Assembly (NCBI GenBank): GCA_021813405.1 | Contig: JAKAKS010000024.1 | Span: forward strand, 53,642 to 117,641 | Direction: 5' to 3' | From: Nitrospirota bacterium | Lineage (GTDB): Bacteria > Nitrospirota > Thermodesulfovibrionia > Thermodesulfovibrionales > JdFR-88 | DNA: 64,000 nt | Part shown: piece after piece, positions 16,852 through 25,265 of the stretch | Layout of the letters: each line of letters starts with the position of its first letter | Numbering within the stretch: the stretch's first letter is position 1 | The notes under the pieces: model-generated | Database searches by the model: none | Seen by the model: the letters and a program-made list of their open reading frames with translations, nothing else | What the model was told of the DNA's origin: nothing | Made by a program: the position numbers and the translations under genes

Positions 16852-17033
16852 AACCTGTCTCAAAACTGCTTCTGGCTGCACGGGGCTGAAATCGCTCCAT
16901 ACTGCGTCGATTAAGGGGAAACCGTCCTCAACGTAGCTAGGCTACGCCTCCGGGCGGTTTCCCCTTTTCTTCTTGTCTGGCACGATTTTCCCTCTGCCTT
17001 TCGCTTCAGAATCAAATCCTGGTACAGGTTCTA
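16849..17033 (+). repeat. MITE-like intergenic repeat, copy A (10-bp perfect terminal inverted repeat)
   Basis: TAGAACCTGT (16849-16858) and ACAGGTTCTA (17024-17033) are exact inverted repeats. The 5' 32 nt match copy B (55658-55689) at 27 of 32 positions. The central hairpin and the 3' module (CCCCTTTnCTTC..GTCT..ACGATTT.CCTCT) are also shared with copy B. Confidence 0.7.
16915..16974 (+). terminator. Rho-independent terminator of the acs operon (inside repeat copy A)
   Basis: GGGGAAACCG (16915-16924) pairs with CGGTTTCCCC (16955-16964). An inner CGTAGC/GCTACG hairpin is present. The stem is followed by TTTTCTTCTT. Confidence 0.7.
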
Positions 17034-17099
17034 ACGGTGGCCGCTACCCGCTTTTTTTATTGGATCACTATTTTTCGAATAACATCACTTTTCCTCGGT

Positions 17100-17112
17100 T
17101 ATAATTAGTGTT
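17100..17112 (+). promoter_or_regulatory. -10 box 7 nt upstream of the selB ATG (leaderless candidate)
   Basis: TATAAT at 17100-17105, a 7-nt spacer, and ATG at 17113. No Shine-Dalgarno sequence is present. Confidence 0.4.
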
Positions 17113-18999
17113 ATGCGCTACATAGTACTGGGCACCGCAGGCCACATAGACCACGGCAAAAGCGCCCTGGTTAAGGCACTTACCGGCACGGACCCCGACA
17201 GGCTGAAGGAAGAGAAAGAGCGCGGCATCACCATAGACCTTGGGTTTGCCAACCTGGACTATCCGGACGCGGGGCTTACCGTTGGCATCATAGACGTGCC
17301 GGGGCATGAAAGGCTTATCCGCAACATGCTTGCCGGGGCGGGCGGCATAGATATTGTGCTTCTGGTTATAGCCGCGGACGAGGGCATAATGCCCCAGAGC
17401 CGCGAACATCTCCAGATATGCGAACTCCTCAAAATAGAGCGCGGCATCATAGCCATAAACAAGGCCGATTTGGTTGAGCCCGACTGGCTGGATCTGGTTT
17501 CCGGCGAGGCGCGGGAATTCGTGAAAGGCACTTTTCTGGAGAGCGCGGAGATTGTTCCCGTATCGGCAAAGACCGGATTTAATCTGGACGCGCTTAAATC
17601 GAAGATAAAGGAACTGGCGCTGCTGGCCAAGCCAAAACCTGCCGGCGGGTTATTCAGGCTTCCGGTGGACAGGGTGTTTACACTAAAAGGTTTTGGCACG
17701 GTGGTCACAGGCACCGTGGTATCCGGCAGCGCCAACGTGGAGGCCCCGGTTGAGATACTGCCAAAAAGCATCGAAACAAAGATAAGGGGCATACATTCCC
17801 ACGGAAAACCCGTAAAACAGGCGCTTGCCGGGCAGCGGGCCGCGCTCAATCTTCAGGGGGTTGAAAAAGACGACATCTCCAGGGGAGATGTTATTGTGAT
17901 GCCTGGCAGGTTCCATGTTTCGCGGGCGGTCGATATAAAACTGGAACTGCTGAAGGGCGCGCCTCCGGTTAAATCCGGCGCAAGGGTGCATTTTCATCTG
18001 GGCACGTCCGAAACCGTAGCCAGGCTGGTGCTTTACGGCAGGCAGGAACTGAAGGAATCGGAGTCCTGCTACGGGCAGGCCAGGCTGGCCGAACCCGCGC
18101 TGGCCCAGGCGGCAGACAGGTTTGTGATAAGGCGTTTTTCGCCGGTGGAGACCATTGGCGGCGGAAGCGTGCTGGACCCCTCGCCGGAGAAGAGGAAGAA
18201 GAGCGATGACCTTTCCCTGCTGGAGGTGTATGACAGGGGGCAGCTTCAGCAGAAGCTGGAGCGCAAGATATCCAGGTTTTCCGTGGCCCAGGGGGGGGTA
18301 GGCAGGCTGTTTCTGGAAGGCTGGATAAAGGAGGAGACGCCGGAGATAGACAAGGCCCTTGCCTCGCTTAAAAAAGAAGGCAAGATAATCCAGGCGGGCG
18401 ACATATTCCTCCATTTTCAGGCGCTTGAAACATTCAGGCAGCAGGCGGCATCGGCGCTGCGGGCATATCACAAACAGAACCCGCTTAAGCCGGGTATGCC
18501 AAAGGAGGAACTTAGGGCCGCGCTGCATGCGGGGCAGAAGATTTTTTCCGCCGTGCTGCCGCTTGCGCCGGATATCGTAATAGAAAAAGAAAACGTAAGG
18601 CTCAAGACATTCCAGGCTGCGCTGTCAGCGGGCCAGGACGGCGCAAGGGAAAAGATTCTGAAAGAGATAGACTCCCCCAGCTATCAGCCGCCGGACAGGG
18701 CGGAGCTTTCAAAAAAGCTTGCCATGCCGGAGCGCAGCCTGACGGACCTGCTGAACCTGATGGCCAGGGAGGGCAGCGTGGTGAGGATAAACGAGTCTGT
18801 CTACATCACAGCCGCGGCCTATGAAAAGATGCTCGCGCTGTTAAAGGATTTCTATTCCAAAAAACCCGAGATGGCCGTCTCTGAATTCAGGGACATCCTG
18901 GGCACTACAAGAAAATACGCCCTGCCGTTTCTTGAATATCTGGATGCCCACCGTGTCACCATGCGCGTGGGCGAGACAAGAAAACTGATTTTAAAGTAG
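17113..18999 (+). CDS. selB: Selenocysteine-specific translation elongation factor
   Basis: GTPase motifs [14 protein letters not shown] and NKAD, with a long winged-helix C-terminal extension typical of SelB. Confidence 0.9.
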   Translation: MRYIVLGTAGHIDHGKSALVKALTGTDPDRLKEEKERGITIDLGFANLDYPDAGLTVGIIDVPGHERLIRNMLAGAGGIDIVLLVIAADEGIMPQSREHLQICELLKIERGIIAINKADLVEPDWLDLVSGEAREFVKGTFLESAEIVPVSAKTGFNLDALKSKIKELALLAKPKPAGGLFRLPVDRVFTLKGFGTVVTGTVVSGSANVEAPVEILPKSIETKIRGIHSHGKPVKQALAGQRAALNLQGVEKDDISRGDVIVMPGRFHVSRAVDIKLELLKGAPPVKSGARVHFHLGTSETVARLVLYGRQELKESESCYGQARLAEPALAQAADRFVIRRFSPVETIGGGSVLDPSPEKRKKSDDLSLLEVYDRGQLQQKLERKISRFSVAQGGVGRLFLEGWIKEETPEIDKALASLKKEGKIIQAGDIFLHFQALETFRQQAASALRAYHKQNPLKPGMPKEELRAALHAGQKIFSAVLPLAPDIVIEKENVRLKTFQAALSAGQDGAREKILKEIDSPSYQPPDRAELSKKLAMPERSLTDLLNLMAREGSVVRINESVYITAAAYEKMLALLKDFYSKKPEMAVSEFRDILGTTRKYALPFLEYLDAHRVTMRVGETRKLILK

Positions 19000-19061
19000 G
19001 CCGTGATCCCCCGGTTCGCAATCCCTTTCACGATAACCGTGAAACCAATCACTGCTATTAA

Positions 19062-19082
19062 TTGCAATAATGTCGCATTTGT
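19062..19082 (+). promoter_or_regulatory. Candidate Zur/Fur-family operator, copy 1, overlapping a promoter
   Basis: TTGCAATAATGTCGCATTTGT is identical to 19991-20011. TTGCAA, a 17-nt spacer and TATACT form a promoter-like frame around it, upstream of the OM barrel gene. Confidence 0.6.
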
Positions 19083-19127
19083 TATATACTTGGTCGCAAG
19101 TCAATTCAATTCTTAACGGGAAAGTGT

Positions 19128-19973
19128 ATGAAAAGATTTTTGGTGGTATTTTTATGCGTGGCCTTTCTTGTGCTTAAGCCAAGGCAGGGAAAAGCCTTTG
19201 CAGCTGGCACATCCGCCGTGGTTGCGGACCCGTGTGCGGCCTCCAATCCGTCCGCGCTTCTGGCCATTCTGGACCGCCCCACTGTTTCAGACAGCGCCTG
19301 TGTTGCGCCGCCTGGGTTTTTTGTTGTGGAGATGGGCTATCAGTACGCGCGCGTGCAGGGCGAAGGTGGCGGATGGGGGGATAATTACCCTCAGGCAGAA
19401 ATAAGATACGGCCTGCCCGGCAGAAACGAGTTCAAGGTGCTTCCCTCCAACTACAACAGCCAGAGGGCCGGGATGCCTGAGGCGGCTTCATCCGGGCTTG
19501 GGGCAACATCCATCGGTTTCAAGCACGAACTGGGCTATGCAAAAAAATGGCTTGGCTCCGTTGAGGCTATCCTTACCATGCCCTCCGGCAACGATGCATT
19601 TGGAAGCGACGGTTTCGGCGCCGCCTTCAACGGTATGGTAAGTTACACGGTTACAGACCAGATTGCGCTGGGGGCGGAGCTGGGAATAAATACACAAACC
19701 GCGTCCGCGCTTGCCGGGGGCGGCCGCTTCACTAGTTTTACTACAAACGCCACCGCCACATGGGACCCCGTAGACCGGCTTCAGTTTTATGGCGAGGTGT
19801 TCGGGCAGACAAAGACCGGCCCCGGCCAGGGGGCAGGCTATGATTTTGATGGCGGCGTTCAGTACATTGTGGCGCACTGGCTGGAGGTGGACCTGTCCGA
19901 AGGCGTGCGCCTGTCCGGCGGCCTGGGCGGCTTCACTCACTACACGGGCGCGGGGCTGGGGCTGCTGTTCTGA
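19128..19973 (+). CDS. Outer-membrane beta-barrel protein (MetA-pathway/transporter-like OMP family)
   Basis: Signal peptide (FLVVFLCVAFLVL...GKAFA), alternating beta-strand pattern, and C-terminal GLGLLF ending in Phe. Confidence 0.55.
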   Translation: MKRFLVVFLCVAFLVLKPRQGKAFAAGTSAVVADPCAASNPSALLAILDRPTVSDSACVAPPGFFVVEMGYQYARVQGEGGGWGDNYPQAEIRYGLPGRNEFKVLPSNYNSQRAGMPEAASSGLGATSIGFKHELGYAKKWLGSVEAILTMPSGNDAFGSDGFGAAFNGMVSYTVTDQIALGAELGINTQTASALAGGGRFTSFTTNATATWDPVDRLQFYGEVFGQTKTGPGQGAGYDFDGGVQYIVAHWLEVDLSEGVRLSGGLGGFTHYTGAGLGLLF

Positions 19974-19990
19974 AATGCCCTTTTTGATTT

Positions 19991-20011
19991 TTGCAATAAT
20001 GTCGCATTTGT
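19991..20011 (+). promoter_or_regulatory. Candidate Zur/Fur-family operator, copy 2 (autoregulatory)
   Basis: The same 21-mer as 19062-19082. TTGCAA, a 17-nt spacer, TAGGTT (20014-20019), a 7-nt spacer and ATG at 20027, with no Shine-Dalgarno sequence. Confidence 0.6.
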
Positions 20012-20026
20012 GATAGGTTATAAAAA

Positions 20027-20449
20027 ATGAAAGCTGACAGGACATCCCTTTCGGACCTCTTAAGGGTAAGCGGGTTCAAGGCCACAAGTGGCAGGGTGGA
20101 GGTGCTTGGGCTCTTTATCAGGGCGGGCCGCCCCCTCAGCCAGATGCAGATAATGGAGATGCTTGGCCCCAGGCTGGACAGGGCCAGCGTCTACCGGATA
20201 CTAAGCGCGTTTACGGAGGCGGGCCTTTTGCATATGGCTTACGTGGACGGCAGGCACCGGGTTTATGAACTTCCGGACAAGTGCGGCCACAGCCATTGCC
20301 ATCCTCATTTTTCATGCCGGAGCTGCGGAATGACGGCCTGCCTGGAGGATTTTCAGGTGAAGTGCAAGGGGAGCATCGGGAAAGGTTTTGTAGCGGAGCG
20401 GCAGAAGGTTTTGATAGAGGGGCTTTGCCCCGGCTGCAAAGGGAAATAG
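20027..20449 (+). CDS. zur: Fur-family metalloregulator, probably Zur
   Basis: Winged-helix N-terminus (SGRVEVLGLF...ASVYRILSAF), the metal motif HSHCHPHFSCRSCG and a C-terminal CPGC. It sits directly upstream of a ZnuA/TroA-type importer. Confidence 0.6.
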   Translation: MKADRTSLSDLLRVSGFKATSGRVEVLGLFIRAGRPLSQMQIMEMLGPRLDRASVYRILSAFTEAGLLHMAYVDGRHRVYELPDKCGHSHCHPHFSCRSCGMTACLEDFQVKCKGSIGKGFVAERQKVLIEGLCPGCKGK

Positions 20450-20452
20450 TTT

Positions 20453-21394
20453 ATGAAAATAAACAGACTGGCAACGGCCATTATTTCAGCTGCCATTTTG
20501 GCCGCGGGTATTGTTTTTTTTGCGGGCTGCAAAAAGAGCGCCACGGAAATTCCGGGGATACCGGGGAAACCGGAAACGGCAGGCGGGAAGATCGATATAG
20601 TGGCCGCGGAGAACTTTTACGGCAACATCGCCAGCCAGCTGGGCGGGGACAAGGTTTCGGTTAAAAGCATCATCTCAAACCCCAACGCGGACCCGCATGA
20701 ATATGAGTCCGGCGTGGAAGACGCAATAGCCATAGCAAAGGCACGTGTTGTAATAAAAAACGGGCTTGAATATGATTCATGGATGGATAAGATGCTTGCC
20801 GCTTCGCCCAATGCCGGCCGCATCGTTATAACCGCCGGTGAAATTGCGCCAAAGCTGCTGCCATACAACCCGCACGTCTGGTACTCAATCGATAATATTA
20901 TGGCGATAGCCAACGCGGTTACGGAAGCCCTGGTAAAGGCCGGCCCGAAAAACAAGACTTTTTTTGAAAACAACCTCACGCAGTTTGACAACTCCCTTGC
21001 CCCACTCCGGGCAAAGATGGAGGAGATCAAATCCAGATACTCCGGCACGCCTGTCGGACTTTCGGAGACCATCTATCTGTACCAGACGCAGCCGATGGGG
21101 CTGAAGGTGCTGACGCCTTTTGCTTTTGAAAAGGCCATCTCCGAAGGCAACGATCCCCCCGCGGCAAGCGTGGCCGCTGCAAACAATCAGGTAAGCAATA
21201 AAGAGATAAGACTATTGATTTACAACAGCCAGGCTGTCACGACAATAACAACCAACATGCAAAATGCCGCACGGGCGCGCGGCATTCCGGTTGTGCCGGT
21301 GTCAGAGACGATGCCGCCGCACAAGACATACCAGGGCTGGCTGATGGATGAGCTGAACGCAGTGGAAAACGGCCTTGCGCAGGGTGTACATTGA
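20453..21394 (+). CDS. Metal (Zn/Mn) ABC transporter substrate-binding protein, ZnuA/TroA family
   Basis: Lipoprotein-like signal (FFAGCKK) and a cluster-9 SBP pattern (NPNADPHEYE, GLEYDSW). No His-rich loop was seen. Confidence 0.75.
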   Translation: MKINRLATAIISAAILAAGIVFFAGCKKSATEIPGIPGKPETAGGKIDIVAAENFYGNIASQLGGDKVSVKSIISNPNADPHEYESGVEDAIAIAKARVVIKNGLEYDSWMDKMLAASPNAGRIVITAGEIAPKLLPYNPHVWYSIDNIMAIANAVTEALVKAGPKNKTFFENNLTQFDNSLAPLRAKMEEIKSRYSGTPVGLSETIYLYQTQPMGLKVLTPFAFEKAISEGNDPPAASVAAANNQVSNKEIRLLIYNSQAVTTITTNMQNAARARGIPVVPVSETMPPHKTYQGWLMDELNAVENGLAQGVH

Positions 21395-21398
21395 AACC

Positions 21399-22175
21399 AT
21401 GAGTGCCCCGCAAACCGCGATAACGGTGCAAAACCTTGCCCTCCAGCTGGACGGCCACACGGTGCTGGAGGACGTCAGCTTCGACGTGATGCAAGGGGAA
21501 TTCGTTGCAGTGCTTGGCCCAAACGGAGCCGGCAAAACCACACTTTTCAAGGCGCTGCTTGGGCTGTTGCCCCCTGCCAGCGGAAGGGTGCTTGTGTTCA
21601 GCAAAACGCCGCGGCGGGGCGCAAGCGAGATAGGCTATACCCCACAGCACCGGGTGCTGGAGACGGACCTGGCCCTCCGGGTGCGGGACGTTGTGGGTTT
21701 TGGCCTGGACGGCAACAGGTGGGGGATTGGGGTTTTGGGCAGGCGCAAGCGGGACGTGATAATAGAAAAGGCGCTGGACGAAGTTGGCGCGTGTCATCTG
21801 GCGGACAAGCAGGCCGGCAGCCTCTCCGGCGGCGAGCAGCAGCAGATGTTCATCGCCCAATCGCTCATTACAAATCCGAAAATACTGCTTCTGGACGAAC
21901 CGCTGTCCAACCTTGATATCAGCCGCGCGCGTGAGATTATCTCGGTTTTGTCAGGCATATGCCGCGAACGCGGGGTCACCATAATGCTTATTTCCCATGA
22001 TATAAACCCGCTTATGCAAACCGTAAGCCGGGTGCTCTATCTTGCAAACAGGCATGGCGTGATGGGGTCCCCGGAAGAGGTGATAACCAGTGAAACACTC
22101 TCAAAATTATACAGTTCCAGGGTGGAGGTTTTCCGCGCGGAAGGCCGGGTGTTTGTGGCCGGGGCGGCGGTTTAA
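21399..22175 (+). CDS. Metal ABC transporter ATP-binding protein
   Basis: Walker A GPNGAGKTT, signature LSGGEQQ and Walker B LLLDEP. I prefer the ATG at 21399, just after the SBP stop, over 21375. Confidence 0.85.
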   Translation: MSAPQTAITVQNLALQLDGHTVLEDVSFDVMQGEFVAVLGPNGAGKTTLFKALLGLLPPASGRVLVFSKTPRRGASEIGYTPQHRVLETDLALRVRDVVGFGLDGNRWGIGVLGRRKRDVIIEKALDEVGACHLADKQAGSLSGGEQQQMFIAQSLITNPKILLLDEPLSNLDISRAREIISVLSGICRERGVTIMLISHDINPLMQTVSRVLYLANRHGVMGSPEEVITSETLSKLYSSRVEVFRAEGRVFVAGAAV

Positions 22176-22178
22176 AAA

Positions 22179-23006
22179 ATGGGCCTCTCCATTTTTCAAT
22201 ATTCCTTTATCCGGAATGCATTTATTGCCGGGTCGGTTATAGCGGTTGTTGCCGGATTCATCGGATATTTTCTTGCGGCGCGCGGCCTGGTGTTTGCCGG
22301 CCATGCGCTCTCGCATATAGGTTTTGCTGGTGCTGCCGGCGCGCTTGTTTTGGGCATAGACCCGCTCTTCGGGCTTTTCCTCTTCACAATAACCGCCGGG
22401 GCCGCAATCGGCGTGTCCGGCAAGAACCTCCGCGAGGAGGACATGAATATCGGGATTATCATGATATTGATGCTTGGCCTTGGGGCGCTGTTCATATCGC
22501 TTTACACAGGCTACGCGGAACGCGCGTACAGCATCCTGTTTGGCACTATCCTGGGTATATCGCAAACCGACGTGATGGTTACGGCGGCATTCGGGCTGGC
22601 GGCATTCCTGGCCATGGCCGCGCTCTTCCGCCCTCTTCTTTTCGCCTCGCTGGACCCTCAGTCCGCCCAGGCGCGCGGCGTGCCGGTACGCATGCTTGGG
22701 ATAATCTTTCTTGTGCTTGTGGCCGTTGCCGTTTCCATGTCCGCCGTGGTGGTGGGCATCCTGCTGGTGTTCACTCTTCTGGTGGGGCCCGCTGCAACCG
22801 CGATGCGCCTCACCAGCCGCCCCGGCGCGGCAATTGCCCTCTCGATATCGCTGGCGCTGGCGTACACATGGCTTGGCATCTTTCTGGCCGCAATAAGCTC
22901 CTGGCCTGTCAGCTTTTACATAGCCTCAATTTCATTCTTTACATATCTGGCCGTGCGGCTGGGCCAGCAGTTTACCGGGAAGGCCCGTCATGCTCTCCCT
23001 GCTTAA
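22179..23006 (+). CDS. Metal ABC transporter permease (TroC/ZnuB-like)
   Basis: Polytopic ABC-3 family pattern. It is a paralogue of the next gene. Confidence 0.8.
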   Translation: MGLSIFQYSFIRNAFIAGSVIAVVAGFIGYFLAARGLVFAGHALSHIGFAGAAGALVLGIDPLFGLFLFTITAGAAIGVSGKNLREEDMNIGIIMILMLGLGALFISLYTGYAERAYSILFGTILGISQTDVMVTAAFGLAAFLAMAALFRPLLFASLDPQSAQARGVPVRMLGIIFLVLVAVAVSMSAVVVGILLVFTLLVGPAATAMRLTSRPGAAIALSISLALAYTWLGIFLAAISSWPVSFYIASISFFTYLAVRLGQQFTGKARHALPA

Positions 23007-23826
23007 AGAGCCGTTTGTTCTGAATGCCTTTGTAGCCGGTACGCTTGTAGCCGCCGTTTCGGCGGTGGTGGGCTATTTTGTTGTGCTGCGGTCCGAGGCG
23101 TTTGCCGCCCACGCGCTGTCGCACGTGGGTTTTGCCGGCTCTACGCTGGCTGCCCTTCTGGGCGCAAGCCCGCTTGCGGGGGCTTCCGGGTTTACGGTTG
23201 CCGCCGGATTGGCCATGGGTGCTTTAGGTAAACGGATACGCGGGCGTGACGTGGAGATCGGCATCACCCTTTCCTTCGCGCTTGGCCTTGGCGTGCTTTT
23301 TCTGAGGCTTTACACAAGTTCCGCAAGCGAAACGGCCAGTGTGCTGTTTGGCTCCATCCTGAGCGTGACGCATTCAAATATCATATGGACGATAATCCTC
23401 GGGCTTGCCTCGCTTGCGCTTTTGGCAGTGATTTTCCGTCCGCTGCTTTTTTCTTCCGTGGATCCGGAGGCCGCCCAGGCGCGCGGGCTGCCGGTCAAAT
23501 TCCTCTCCATTCTGTTTATAATGCTTCTGGCCGTTACCGTGGCGGAGGCCATACAGGTGGTTGGCGTTCTGCTGATCTTCGCGCTTATCGTTGCCCCCCC
23601 CGCAATCGCCCAGCACATGACGCGCAGGCCGCTTTCGGCCATCATCCTCTCAGTCTTGCTTGGCATCTCATTTGTATGGTGCGGGCTTATGCTGGCGCTT
23701 GCCACGCGCTTCCCGGTGAGCTTTTATATATCGGTGCTGGCCGTGGCTTCGTATTTCGTCGCAGTCGGCGCCAGCCATATCCTCCGCCCGCACGCGGTTA
23801 CGGCAGAGCATCCGCACTGCAAGTGA
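22990..23826 (+). CDS. Metal ABC transporter permease (TroD/ZnuB-like)
   Basis: Polytopic ABC-3 family pattern. It overlaps the previous gene by 17 nt. Confidence 0.8.
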   Translation: MLSLLKEPFVLNAFVAGTLVAAVSAVVGYFVVLRSEAFAAHALSHVGFAGSTLAALLGASPLAGASGFTVAAGLAMGALGKRIRGRDVEIGITLSFALGLGVLFLRLYTSSASETASVLFGSILSVTHSNIIWTIILGLASLALLAVIFRPLLFSSVDPEAAQARGLPVKFLSILFIMLLAVTVAEAIQVVGVLLIFALIVAPPAIAQHMTRRPLSAIILSVLLGISFVWCGLMLALATRFPVSFYISVLAVASYFVAVGASHILRPHAVTAEHPHCK

Positions 23827-23835
23827 GAATCCAGA

Positions 23836-24873
23836 TCAATTTCCATCGTAATTCATTTTCAGTATATATAGGCATCTTGGGTAATTTCTGCATCCCCAGA
23901 ATTTCTGGCCGGTGCTTTTCCCTTTTTTTGCGGTCCTTTCGATCATTTTAATTTCGCAGTTAGGACAGGTTGGCGTTATGAAATCCGTGGTTTTCAGAAA
24001 ATTGACCAAGGCTGATTTACTGCTCTCATTGAGCTTTTCAATCAGTCTCCAGAATATTGACAGATCAATAAGTTCGATCTGGTTCACGCCGCCAAACTCG
24101 ATTGCGTCCTCAGAAAAAAATGAATTTGTTATAAGAATCCCTTTCTTCACGCTTTCGGCTGACATTACGCCAAGCAACTCTCTTGCATAATTAACACCTA
24201 TGCCTTTGTGTGATCTTGCTTTGCATTGGACCAGCGCATACGGCCATGTTGAAGTATTTTCAAACAGCAGAAGGTCAACGCCGCCATCTGCCCCGGCTCC
24301 AGTTTTAACTACCTTCCATCCGGCGGTTTCAAAATACAACTTGCAGAACATTTCAAAAGAGTACCACTCCATTTTTTTTAGGGTATCTTCTGATAATTCA
24401 ATCCTTTTCTCTTCCGATACAGCTATCGAATTATCAGGACTAGCGGTCTGGCTTGATTTAGTGACGGGCTCAATATTGTCAACTTTTCCGGCTTGTCCGT
24501 TAGCTGTTTCTTTTTTCTTCTGGTTATTTTCCTGTCTGAGGTATTCATCTTCGTTTTTGGCCGGGGCCTTTTTTTGTGCAGTTGGCACAGCGTCTGGTGA
24601 TTTGTTCATTCCTTTTTTTACCCTGGATAAAATGTAGCCCGCAGCAGAAAAGAAAAGAGCCACCAATGCCAGTACATATAAGATCGGCACGAACGTATGG
24701 AACATATTAATACGTATGGATGCGCTTAGATTAGGATGAGCCGGAAGGCTTTCATGGCTGAAAATAAAGCCGGCAATGCCTAAAACGGCACTAATTATCA
24801 ATCCCCACACGGGGTTTTTGTAGGAGCCCTCTATTAGATCACCGATGAGATTGCTTTTGTTTCTTTTTCGCAT
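23836..24873 (-). CDS. Membrane-anchored Mrr-like restriction endonuclease-fold protein with a C-terminal topoisomerase-type C4 zinc ribbon
   Basis: Two N-terminal TM helices and a Lys/Glu-rich linker. Mrr_cat-like core (GADGGVDLLLF ... ALVQCKA ... GILITNSFFSEDA). C-terminal CPNC...GQKFWGCRNYPRC. The gene is clearly lower in GC than its flanks. Confidence 0.7.
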   Translation of the reverse strand: MRKRNKSNLIGDLIEGSYKNPVWGLIISAVLGIAGFIFSHESLPAHPNLSASIRINMFHTFVPILYVLALVALFFSAAGYILSRVKKGMNKSPDAVPTAQKKAPAKNEDEYLRQENNQKKKETANGQAGKVDNIEPVTKSSQTASPDNSIAVSEEKRIELSEDTLKKMEWYSFEMFCKLYFETAGWKVVKTGAGADGGVDLLLFENTSTWPYALVQCKARSHKGIGVNYARELLGVMSAESVKKGILITNSFFSEDAIEFGGVNQIELIDLSIFWRLIEKLNESSKSALVNFLKTTDFITPTCPNCEIKMIERTAKKGKSTGQKFWGCRNYPRCLYILKMNYDGN

Positions 24874-24880
24874 TCAGCGC

Positions 24881-24886
24881 ATTATA
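24881..24886 (-). promoter_or_regulatory. -10 box 7 nt upstream of the Mrr-like gene ATG (leaderless candidate)
   Basis: On the minus strand: TATAAT, then GCGCTGA, then ATG (24873). A second TATAAT lies at 24895-24900. Confidence 0.4.
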
Positions 24887-24906
24887 ACAAAATCATTATA
24901 GACAAA

Positions 24907-24960
24907 CATGACATGAATTCCATGGAGTGAAGCATGTCATATTTACAATGTCATGGTTGG
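24907..24960 (-). promoter_or_regulatory. Shared upstream motif, copy X (CATGACATGA ... ATGTCAT-N7-ATGTCAT)
   Basis: Aligns with 46925-46973. Both copies have CATGACATGA, then two TGTCAT/TTTCAT heptads with 14-nt periodicity ending in TTGG. Both lie upstream of minus-strand genes in the same orientation. Confidence 0.5.
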
Positions 24961-25265
24961 GCGGTTTATTATGGGCTGTGGGTTTCTTGGTAAACGGGAA
25001 TGTGGAGCAAAGATTTAAAATGGACAAGATTGAACTTGCTTTAATACCGGATGAAACTACCCATAGTGAGAAGATGGAACAGACGGAACAAAAATTCAAG
25101 GCTTAACTTACTGTAAATACAGGGAAAAATGGAACCGGCTGGTCTTCGCGGGAGGTTCCCAAGTGGAAAAATACGGGGAATCTTGTTAAAATTCATAGCT
25201 GAATTTTTGTCCCTAAACCGGAGGGGATAAGGCCCCGGTTATTATCAGGAGGGGGAGGATATCCC

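Noticed and set aside
16852-17112. Possible tRNA-Sec (selC) or SECIS-like RNA in the spacer upstream of selB
   Set aside because: There is no acceptor stem with a T-arm (GGTTCRANNCC-like) on either strand. The only TCA/TGA-containing loops (near 17005 and 16886) have no flanking anticodon stem. The structure present is explained by the repeat and terminator.
17068-17409. 113-aa minus-strand ORF overlapping the selB start
   Set aside because: It is antisense to the conserved SelB GTPase domain and has no Shine-Dalgarno sequence.
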